Assembly: GCF_039654945.1 (NCBI RefSeq)
Contig: NW_027361831.1
Coordinates: 10,416,001 to 10,480,000, forward strand
Direction of reading: 5' to 3'
DNA from: Dendrobates tinctorius
Lineage: Eukaryota
DNA length: 64,000 nt
A program made the translations under genes and the position numbers. Under the pieces are notes generated by a model that was not told the DNA's origin, did no database searches, and was given only the letters and a program-made list of their open reading frames with translations. Positions within the stretch are counted from its first letter, which is position 1. Each line of letters opens with the position of its first letter. This document shows, piece by piece, positions 25,095 through 34,122 of this stretch.

Positions 25095-27305
25095 ATGGAC
25101 GACGAGCAGCAACTTTTCACCAGGCTGCAGGATGTGGCCAGGTCCAGGAGGGGAGGATGGCTACAGACCCAACTTTCCTCCCTCCTCAGCGCTGCGGAGC
25201 AGGGATCCAGCCGGCGTGGAAGGAGGACCCGTCCCCCCGAAAGGCTGTCACCGGAGGTGTCAGCCCGCAGCAGGCGGCGGCTGCGGAGCCCCTCCAGGGA
25301 CCCTGCGGGCGGCGCAACAGTTGGGGCTGCATCCCCTCCCTGCGCCCGTCCCGGCAGGAATCCGCCCAGCCGGCCGGTCAGCACGGGCGGCAAGCGTGTG
25401 GGAGCCGGACAGGAACAGCAGGCCGGACCGGAAGTGTCGTCGCGGGCAGGAGCCGAAGAGTCGCGCAGCAGGGAGGAGAGTGAAGGCCGCGGCAGGCCCT
25501 CACAGCGGCGAGGCCGGCGGCGGCCGGCGCCGGGCAACACAGCGGCGAGAGGCAGGATCGAGGGCGCCCCCGGGGATGAGGACCGCTCGGGGGTGTCTGC
25601 CAGCCAGGGCACCAGACGTGGCGCGGCGGGCAGGAGGGGGCATTGCGGCAGCACCCTGCCTGGCCCCACCGTCATCAGAAGGGCCGGAGGTGAGGCGGGC
25701 GGGAGGGTGCCGGTTGCTGCCGCCCTGCCTGCCCCCATTGCAGTCCGTAGCGAGAGAGCTGCGGTCGGGAGGGGGCAGCACGAGGACGCCCTGCCTGGTC
25801 CCAGCAGCACGTGGAGCCCCGACCGATCGGCGGACGGGAGGGGGCTCAGCGGGGACGCCCTGCCAGGTCCTAGCAACGCGTGGAGCCCGGAACGGTCGAC
25901 GGGCGGGAGGCGACTTAGCGTGGTCGCCCTGCCTGGCCCCTATACAGCAGACGGGGCACCAGGCACCTGGGGGCATTTATCCGGGAGTCGCCCGGAGGGT
26001 GCTACGGACCGGCCAGTCGGGCACGGGTCCAGGGACTGTCACAGGTCCCGTTCAAGCGCGAGTTCTCGGGAGCGGCGGGTATCGCATGCTCGGGTCCCCC
26101 CTGGTGACGAGGAGGCCAGGGGCGCGGGCCTGGAGCAGCGGAGCCTGCATCAGGATCATCGAGGACGTCAGGATTCCGGATTTCCAGCTGGCAGGGACAC
26201 AGCACCCGCGCAGCTATGTGAGTATGGCTCCATGTCGTGTTTGTCGCCCGCAGGGGCTGTATTGCAGGATGATGGGGGCAGGCAGGGAGATGGTAGGGAG
26301 CGGATGGGGCGTAGCGGGGCTGAGGTGCCGGGGCTAAGGGACATTTTGGCGAACATGTCGCAAATATTGAGGAGACTGGAGGGGGGGGTAATTGGGGAGG
26401 CAGCTCCGTCCCCAGCGGGGGCATGGTTAGTGGGTCGCGGTTCGGGCACAGAGTCGGGTGGTGACGTGTTACGTGCGGTAGAATGCGATGAAGGAGCTGC
26501 GGCAGGAGTGTCTGTTTCAGTGCAGACAGAGACGGATAAGGGGGATAGGATAAAACTGGACGATAGGGCTAAGGGAGAGGTTTATGTGTGCTTTGAGGGG
26601 CCGCTGGGGGCCCATTTAAAGAAAGAAGTGAAGGAAAAGATTTGGCGGGACGAGTATGTGGAGATATTTTCATTGCTGCCGTTGGAAAAGTTTAACCTGG
26701 ATAAGGGGAAGAAGGACGATAGTAAAAAAGAGGAGGAAGAAAAGAGGAGGTGGCGTCTGATCCCGCAGACTTTTGTGAATTGGATGCAGGCATTCGCTAT
26801 TTTGGCTAGTGTCATAGGGGAGAAGTCTCCGGATAATTGTTCTGGCCTTTTTTGTTATTTAGATGCTATTGGGGAGGCGCATCGTATTTATGGGGGCCAG
26901 GCGTGGCTGCGATACGACGAGCAGTTTAGGCAGAGGAAGGCCGTAAGGCCAGAGATAAAGTGGGATCAAAAGGATATCGGGCTGTGGCTGAAGGTGATGG
27001 CCCCAGTGAGGTATGGGCAGTCCTTTCACGGGAGCGGGAGCAGCGGCAGTCAGCAAGCAGGTCAGGGGAGCAGTGGTCAGGCAACCCAGGGAGGAAGAGA
27101 GAAGTCGGGGGCGTGCTGGCAATTTAATGACGGGCAGTGTAAGTACGGGGCGGGCTGCAAGTTCAAGCACGTGTGCTCCCACTGCAACGGTAGCTCACAC
27201 GGCGCTTCCAAATGTTTTAAGAAAGGGAAAGGAAAGCCAAATGTGGGTGCCGGTCAAGGGGGAGAGCCCGGTGAGGGTTCAAGAGATGGCCCCCTTTCTA
27301 AGTAG
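25095..27305 (+). CDS. Ngaro ORF1, Gag-like, 736 aa, with C-terminal zinc fingers
   Basis: WLRYDEQFRQR motif; CWQFNDGQCKYGAGCKFKHVCSHCNGSSHGASKC. Confidence 0.9.
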   Translation: MDDEQQLFTRLQDVARSRRGGWLQTQLSSLLSAAEQGSSRRGRRTRPPERLSPEVSARSRRRLRSPSRDPAGGATVGAASPPCARPGRNPPSRPVSTGGKRVGAGQEQQAGPEVSSRAGAEESRSREESEGRGRPSQRRGRRRPAPGNTAARGRIEGAPGDEDRSGVSASQGTRRGAAGRRGHCGSTLPGPTVIRRAGGEAGGRVPVAAALPAPIAVRSERAAVGRGQHEDALPGPSSTWSPDRSADGRGLSGDALPGPSNAWSPERSTGGRRLSVVALPGPYTADGAPGTWGHLSGSRPEGATDRPVGHGSRDCHRSRSSASSRERRVSHARVPPGDEEARGAGLEQRSLHQDHRGRQDSGFPAGRDTAPAQLCEYGSMSCLSPAGAVLQDDGGRQGDGRERMGRSGAEVPGLRDILANMSQILRRLEGGVIGEAAPSPAGAWLVGRGSGTESGGDVLRAVECDEGAAAGVSVSVQTETDKGDRIKLDDRAKGEVYVCFEGPLGAHLKKEVKEKIWRDEYVEIFSLLPLEKFNLDKGKKDDSKKEEEEKRRWRLIPQTFVNWMQAFAILASVIGEKSPDNCSGLFCYLDAIGEAHRIYGGQAWLRYDEQFRQRKAVRPEIKWDQKDIGLWLKVMAPVRYGQSFHGSGSSGSQQAGQGSSGQATQGGREKSGACWQFNDGQCKYGAGCKFKHVCSHCNGSSHGASKCFKKGKGKPNVGAGQGGEPGEGSRDGPLSK

Positions 27306-28856
27306 GTACCCGGCTCGGGCAGAGGCCAGCGTGCTTTTGAATGGTTTTGTTGACGGTTTCAGGATTCCATCTCCTGGCCATGTGGTTCCTTTTTCTGTTA
27401 AAAATTTGCGGTCGGCAATAACGCATGCGGAGGTAGTAGATGAGAAGTTAAAAAAGGAAGTGGATTTGGGCAGGATGGCCGGTCCGTTCCCCACGGCTCC
27501 TGTTGCGGGCGTGATTGTTTCCCCGTTGGGGGTTGTGCCTAAGAGGGAGCCGAATAAGTTTCGTTTGATTCAGCATTTGTCTTATCCAAAAGGCTTGTCA
27601 GTTAATGACGGTATCGATAGGGAGTTGTGTTCTGTGGAGTATACCTCTTTTGATACGGCGGTTAAGTGGGTGCGACGTTATGGGTCAGGGGCTTTGTTGG
27701 CAAAGACAGACATTGAGTCCGCTTTTCGGTTACTACCGGTTCATGCAGATAGTATCCCGCTGCTGGGATGTTTTTGGAAGGGGAATTTCTACCTCGATAG
27801 GTGTTTGCCGATGGGTTGCGCAATTTCTTGTTCATTGTTTGAGACGTTTAGCACTTTCCTGGAGTGGTAAGGGATGTTACAGGAATGCAGTCGATCATTC
27901 ATTATCTGGATGATTTTCTTTTTATTGGCCCCCCGGATTCGCCGTTGTGTAGGAACTCGTTGGCAGGCATGGTTTGGGTGGCGGAGCATTTTGGGGTGCC
28001 GCTGGCATCTGAGAAGACGGAAGGCCCTAAGGCCGTTATAAGTTTTTTGGGCATAGTTGTCGATTCGGAAAGGATGGAGTGTCGGTTACCAGAGGTCAAG
28101 TTGGCATTGTTGAAACAGGAGGTGGAGAGGATTTCGAAGTTGCGCAAAGTGACCCTCAAGGAATTACAATCCCTATTGGGGAGATTGAACTTTGCCTGCA
28201 GGATCATGCCTATGGGTCGAATTTTTTCTCGTCGTTTGGCTAGCGCGACGGCAGGGGTGAAGGCTCCGCACCATTACGTTCGCTTGACGAAGGAGCATAG
28301 GGACAATTTGATGGTTTGGCAGCGGTTTTTGCGGAATTACAATGGGCAGTCGCTGATGCAGGAGGAGACATTGAGCAATTTTGATTTTGAAATATTTACG
28401 GATGCAGCAGGCAGCTCTGGTTACGGCGCCTACTGTAAGGGAAGGTGGAGTGTGGGGCGGTGGCCTCAGGCGTGGAAGTTGTTGGGCCTTACCAAAAACT
28501 TGGCACTATTGGAGCTGTTTCCTATCGTGGTAGCTGTTTTGGTGTGGGGTCCCATGTTCGAAAATAGGAGAGTGCGCTTTCATTGCGACAACGCGAGTGT
28601 TGTAGCGGTCATTAACAGTTTGTCGGCCTCCTCTCCCCCCGTAGTTAGATTGGTTAGGGTTTTGGTTCTTCGATGTCTGGATTTGAACGCAGGGATTTCT
28701 GCAGTGCATGTGCCCGGGGTTACGAATTCAATAGCAGACTCTTTGTCTCGTTTTCAGTGGGGGCGTTTTCGAGAATTGGCGCCAGGAGCGGATGCCACGG
28801 GCGTGGAATGCCCTTCCTTTCTGTGGAAGGTGATTACGGAAGAGCAGGAAGACTGA
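27241..28856 (+). pseudogene. Ngaro ORF2, reverse transcriptase/RNase H, with one frameshift at about 27865
   Basis: SPLGVVPK, FRLIQHLS, KTDIESAFRLLPV, LPMGC, then in another frame HYLDDFL, FTDAAG, LELFPI, HCDN, ADSLSR. Confidence 0.9.
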
Positions 28857-29719
28857 TTCGGGAATCCTTATCGCAGCAGACATGGTCGGCCTACGATTCT
28901 TCATGGCGAGTATGGCAGAGTTGGTTGGCAGAGTGGGGTGGGGTCGAAAGTGATGAGGATAGGATGTTGGCGGTATTGTTTTTAATTGGGAAGGCAGCTG
29001 ACAGCGGTTGGTCTGCTGCTAAGGTAAACAAGTTTGTAGCGGGTTTAGCTTTCGGTTTCAAGTTGCAAGGGGTGGGGGATGTTACGAAGAGCTTCTTAGT
29101 GAGTCAGGCGTTAAAAGGGTTTCGTAGGGGTAACAAAGCCGGCGACAAACGAAGGCCTATTTCGTTTAGTACGTTGGAAGGCTTAGGCAGAGTCCTTGGG
29201 GGTATTTGCACGTCAGTTTTTGAGTTGGCCCTGTTTCGGCTGGCTTTTTCTTTGGCCTTTTTTGGGGCAATGCGCATTGGCGAGGTGGTGTCAGGCAGCA
29301 GGGTTTCGGCGGGAGGGGTGTTGGCAGAAGATGTGGAATTTTGGGCAGGGGGCATTGTTTTTTGGATTCGGCGTTCAAAAACTGATCAACAGGGTAGGGG
29401 CAGACGGGTAGTTTTGGGGCGAGTTGAAGGGGCATTAATGTGCCCACGTGGCTGTTTGGAAACGTATTGGGGCGTATGGGCGGGTAGGACGGGTCCTCTC
29501 TTGTGCCATGCGGACGGCACCTATTTGTCTCGGTTCCAGTTCATTGCGGTTTTGAAGAAGGGATTGGTAGAGTTGGGCCTTCCCCAGGACATGTACGGGT
29601 CTCATTCATTTAGGATCGGTGCTGCGACCGAAGCGGACAGCCTTGGGTTGGGGGCTGATGCGATTAGGAGAATTGGCAGGTGGCAGTCGGATCGGTATTT
29701 ACTGTATGTTCGGCGTTAG
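28673..29719 (+). CDS. Ngaro ORF3, tyrosine recombinase (true start uncertain)
   Basis: AFFGAMRIGE, RRSKTDQ, HSFRIGAAT, GRWQSDRYLLYVR carry the catalytic R, H-x-x-R, W and Y residues. Confidence 0.93.
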   Translation: MSGFERRDFCSACARGYEFNSRLFVSFSVGAFSRIGARSGCHGRGMPFLSVEGDYGRAGRLIRESLSQQTWSAYDSSWRVWQSWLAEWGGVESDEDRMLAVLFLIGKAADSGWSAAKVNKFVAGLAFGFKLQGVGDVTKSFLVSQALKGFRRGNKAGDKRRPISFSTLEGLGRVLGGICTSVFELALFRLAFSLAFFGAMRIGEVVSGSRVSAGGVLAEDVEFWAGGIVFWIRRSKTDQQGRGRRVVLGRVEGALMCPRGCLETYWGVWAGRTGPLLCHADGTYLSRFQFIAVLKKGLVELGLPQDMYGSHSFRIGAATEADSLGLGADAIRRIGRWQSDRYLLYVRR

Positions 29720-29728
29720 CTGTGTGGT

Positions 29729-30373
29729 TTGCATGTCCTGGGATGTGTTTTTTCTATATTCTGTTGTGTTTTTTCAGGTGGCGGCCCCTTTCTTGCCTGG
29801 ATATTCGGACACTCTTACGTTTATTGGGGTGCGCTACGAGCCGACGCGAGGCCAGATGGTAGGCAATTGGGCTTTGGGAGGGAGCAGGTGCTGGTCCGTT
29901 GGTTGGGTTTCCGAGGCATGGTATGGAGCAGGGTGCTCCTGGAGTTAACCAAGTCCGCTCGCTTGGATAGAACCCCCGACATTATTGTTTTCCATGTGGG
30001 GGGCAATGATTTAGGGGTCAGGCCGGTGAGAGAATTAATTAGGGACATACGTTCCGATTTTTTGAGGTTGTGGACATCGTTCCCGAACGTGGTGACGGTA
30101 TGGTCGGATGTAGTACCCAGACAGAGGTGGAGGCAAGCGAGATCGTTGAAAGGGATTAACAGGGCAAGGGTAAAATTGAATCGTGCGGTGTCGGCATTTG
30201 TGTCCAGGAATGGGGGCATTAGTGTTCGTCACTTTGAATTGGAGACAGGTGCCGGTAATTTTTGGTTGGCCGATGGGGTTCATTTAAATTCTATTGGTAT
30301 TGATTTATGGGCACTGTCAATACAGGAGGGGATCGAGAGGGCCTTGGTGGTTTTGGGGCACTCACGAGCCTGA
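29729..30373 (+). CDS. Ngaro ORF4, SGNH/GDSL hydrolase (probably entered via a splice acceptor at 29777/29778)
   Basis: FGHSY (block I), HVGGNDLG (block III), DGVHLN (block V). Confidence 0.88.
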   Translation: MHVLGCVFSIFCCVFSGGGPFLAWIFGHSYVYWGALRADARPDGRQLGFGREQVLVRWLGFRGMVWSRVLLELTKSARLDRTPDIIVFHVGGNDLGVRPVRELIRDIRSDFLRLWTSFPNVVTVWSDVVPRQRWRQARSLKGINRARVKLNRAVSAFVSRNGGISVRHFELETGAGNFWLADGVHLNSIGIDLWALSIQEGIERALVVLGHSRA

Positions 30374-33015
30374 GGTGGTCAGGGCTGTTCGTGGTTGGCG
30401 GGGGTGGGGTTCTTGGAGTTGACGGTGATTGGTCGGGGAAGGATTTGGAAGTAACATTCCCGACAGTTTAAAATGGTATGGGGGATCTGGCTTTTGGGTA
30501 TGGGCTCTGGACGGGGTTTTACCTCGGGAGCTATGGTGGTTGGTCTCCCAGAAGGGGAGTTACGGTGCCCTCGAGCTGGGCTGGACGGCTGGGGGTAACA
30601 TGGTGGAAATAAGTTTATAGCCAGATCTTTCTAGCTCCAAGAACCCTCCCCTCATAATTTTGAATTATTTAATGTTTATTGTTAATGTTTGTTAATAAAA
30701 TTGGCCGCTGTGGCCAAAATTATCCAAAGAATTTAAATTGTACCTTGTCTTATTCTCAGGAGAAGGGAAAGAGGGGGATGATAGGAGGCGGCGAGGTATC
30801 GAGGAGAAGGTAAAACTGAAGTCGCCATATGCGGTCAAGAAGGGGGCTGGGGAAGGGCACAGCCTAGGGGAAGCCCCCCATGACTGCCATGGGTGGGAAG
30901 TTTTAGAACTGGTGTTGTGCCAGTTTGAAATGGTTGGCCGGGACGGGGGCCGGGGGAGGGGTTTAAGGAGGGGGCAGCCTGTATTAGGGAAAAAGTGCGG
31001 GAAAAACCGCACTCACCAGCCAGGAGCAGAGGAGAGAAGTCCCACCCACCCTCCCTGTTTTGGGAGCATGTTGGGGGCTGCTAGGGGATGTACGTTTTTA
31101 AAAAAAAAAAAAAAAAAAGTGATCGGTATATAGATTCTTGTCAGGGTCTATATGAGGCGTTGTTGTTGCTGTTGTCACAGTGGCTGTGGGGCGGGGGGTG
31201 GGGTTCTTGGAGTTGACGGTGATTGGTCGGGGAAGGATTCGGAAGTAACATTCCCGACAGTTTAAAATGGTATGGAGGATCTGGCTTTTGGGTATGGGCT
31301 CTGGACGGGGTTTTACCTCGGGAGCTATGGTGGTTGGTCTCCCAGAAGGGGAGTTACGGTGCCCTCGAGCTGGGCTGGACGGCTGGGGGTAACATGGTGG
31401 AAATAAGTTTATAGCCAGATCTTTCTAGCTCCAAGAACCCTCCCCTCATAATTTTGAATTATTTAATGTTTATTGTTAATGTTTGTTAATAAAATTGGCC
31501 GCTGTGGCCAAAATTATCCAAAGAATTTAAATTGTACCTTGTCTTATTCTCAGGAGACGGGAAAGAGGGGGATGATAGGAGGCGGCGAGGTATCGAGGAG
31601 AAGGTAAAACTGAAGTCGCCATATGCGGTCATGCAAAGAAAACAAGTTCATAATCATTCAGAAACAAAAATACTAATGTTTTTACTCGGGATGAATTCAG
31701 AAATCAATATTTTGTGGACTAACCATGATTTTTAAAAACAGCTTTCATGGGTCACACTGCTTCTTGCACAAAAATTTAATCAGCTCTTCTTTGTTTGATG
31801 GCTTGTGACTACCCTTCATCCTCTTGATTACATTCCAGAGGTTTTCAATGGGGTTCAGGTCTGGAGAATGGGCTGCCCATGACAGGGTTTTGATGTGGTG
31901 GTCTCTTAATTTTTTCCAGAGCAAAAATATACATTTGTATTGCATAAACCTAAAACTCCCAGTATGTCCTTAACAATGGTAATGATATACTGGGAGCTGT
32001 TGTTACCAATCATTATCAACATGGGTTTACGGGTGACCATTCCTGTCAGACTAATCTGATAAGCTTTTATGAAGAGGTCAGTTCCGGACTGGACCAAGGG
32101 AATGCAGTGGACGTGGTGTACATGGACTTTTCAAAAGCTTTTGATACTGTGCTACACAAAAGATTGATACATAAAATGAGAACAATGGGGATAGGGGAAA
32201 ATATGTGTAAGTGGGTTAAGAGCTGGCTCAGGGATAGGAAACAAAGGGTGGTTATTAATGGAGCACACTCGGACTCGGTCACGGTTAGCAGTGGGGTACC
32301 ACAGGGGTCAGTATTGGGCCCGCTTCTATTTAACATGTTTATTAATGACCTTGTAGGGGGCATGGAGAGTAGAATTTCAATATTTGCAGATGACACTAAA
32401 CTCTGCAGGGTAATCAATACAGAGGAGGACAATTTTATATTACAGGAGGATTTATGTAAACTAGAAGCTTGGGCTGATAAATGGCAAATGAGCGTTAATG
32501 GGGATAAATGTAAGGTCATGCACTTGGGTAGTGCGACCACACTTAGAATACTGTGTACAGTTCTGGTCTCCGGTGTATAAGAAAGACATAGCTGAACTGG
32601 AGCGGGTGCAGAGAAGAGCGACCAAAGTTATTAGGGAACTGGGGGGTCTGCAATACCAAGACAGGTTATTACACTTGGGGTTATTTAGTTTGGAAAATCG
32701 AAGGCTTAGGGGTGATCTTATTACAATGTATAAATATATGTATAAATATATGCGGGTGCAGTACAAAGACATTTCTACTAAAGATCTTTTTACTCTTAGA
32801 CCTGTGACGGGGACAAGAGGGCATCCTCTACGTCTGGAGGAAAGAAGGTGTAAACATAATCACAGACACGGATTCTTTACTGTAAGAGCAGTGAGACTAT
32901 GGAACTCTCTGCCATATGATGTTGTAATGAGTGATTCCCTACTAAAACTTAAAAAGGGCCTGGATGCCTTTCTTGAAAAGTATAATATTACAGGGTATAT
33001 ACACTAGTTTCCTTA

Positions 33016-33305
33016 GGGTATGTGCACACGGTGCGGATTCTGCTGCGTTGTACAGTACCTTTATTTCCTATGGAAATTAAAAAACTCTGTGCACATGTTG
33101 CGGATTTTTCAGCGCGGTTTTGCTGCGGTTTACAATCCGCAGCATGTCAATTGTTTGGTGCAGAAACGCTGCAGTTTTACATCTCATCGATTATGAGGTG
33201 TAAAACCGCAGGGCAAAACCACAGGCAAAACAAAAGTCCTGCGGATTTACCTGCGGTTTTCTCTCCAAAATCTGCACGCCAAAAAAACTACATGTGCACA
33301 TAGCC
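33016..33305. mobile_element. Harbinger-type MITE
   Basis: GGGTATGTGCACAC...TGTGCACATAGCC; TTA TSD at 33013-15 and 33306-08. Confidence 0.85.
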
Positions 33306-33394
33306 TTAATATTGCGTTGATCCAGGGAGCTTGTCTGATTGCCGTATGTGGAGTCCAAAAGGAATATTTTTTCCCCAAAGTGAAGCCTACTGTT

Positions 33395-34122
33395 TGCCTG
33401 TGATGCTTCAGGGATTTGGCAGCGTCCGAGAGTGGACCCTCTGGGTCGCAGAACTGAGGCCCCCGGGGCGAGCGCACCAAGTGGAACCGACCCCTATACA
33501 GGGACCATTAGGGGCAGACCCACGGGGATCAGACACCGCGACAGCTGGAACCAAGAGGGGCAGCTCGAAGGACCGGAGTGACCACGGGCAGGAGCGGGAT
33601 ACCAAACAGGAACCAAGGTACGGGACTCCGTGCGGTATGCGCAGAGAGAGAACGGAGCGGTTAACACCAGGAGCGATTAGGACCATAGATGGACAACAGA
33701 CAGGAGAACTGGACAAGAGGCGGGACAGACTCTGGAGGACGGAACGGAGACGGAGACCAGAGGAGACAAGGCTGTGGGACAAGGACCAGGCAAGGCGGAG
33801 GACAGACAGGGAGGCAGGAGAAGGTTCACAGTGGCAGAGACAACAAGACTGGGCCAGAGGAACCACGAGACAGAGGCAAGGAATGTAAAGTAGCTAAGGT
33901 GGCCAGATAAGTGCAGGTAAGACACACGATAATCCGGCGTCCTCCCCTTATGGGAGACACCTGATATATCCCCTGCTAGCAGATGATTGGCTGGCCAACA
34001 TCCAGCAGCCGCCCACCGCAGGGTTAAATTAACAAGGGGGCGCGCGCCCGCGACCTAAGGCGCATGTGCGGAGAGGAGCGCAGCAGGCCGGGTAAGGAGA
34101 AGCAGCGGCGGGACCCGATGCT
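33395..34122 (-). mobile_element. LTR-like fragment inside the CR1 3' UTR
   Basis: GC-rich foreign segment separating the two parts of the CR1 UTR, with CCAAT and TATA-like motifs on the minus strand. No TSD resolved. Confidence 0.4.

Larger units (their letters stand above)
24879..31631 (+). mobile_element. Ngaro tyrosine-recombinase retrotransposon (DIRS order), complete
   Basis: Split direct repeats A1 (24879-25087) ... B1 (30397-30837), A2 (30838-31046), spacer, B2 (31190-31631); gag, RT-RNaseH, YR and SGNH ORFs; no TSD. Confidence 0.95.
24680..31922 (-). mobile_element. Short non-autonomous Tc1 element split by the Ngaro insertion (halves 24680-24878 and 31632-31922)
   Basis: Starts TA-CAGCTCTGGCAAAA; both halves are collinear with the reverse complement of the intact copy at 53882-54414. 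Confidence 0.85.

Noticed and set aside
25025-26449. Long alternative-frame and antisense ORFs over Ngaro ORF1
   Set aside because: Expected in very GC-rich sequence; no recognisable motifs.
27860-27872. Ngaro RT frame break as a programmed frameshift
   Set aside because: No slippery heptamer and it falls inside the RT core just before YLDD; it looks like a small deletion.
33331-33925. 185-aa and overlapping ORFs
   Set aside because: Purine-rich LTR-like sequence with no domain signature.
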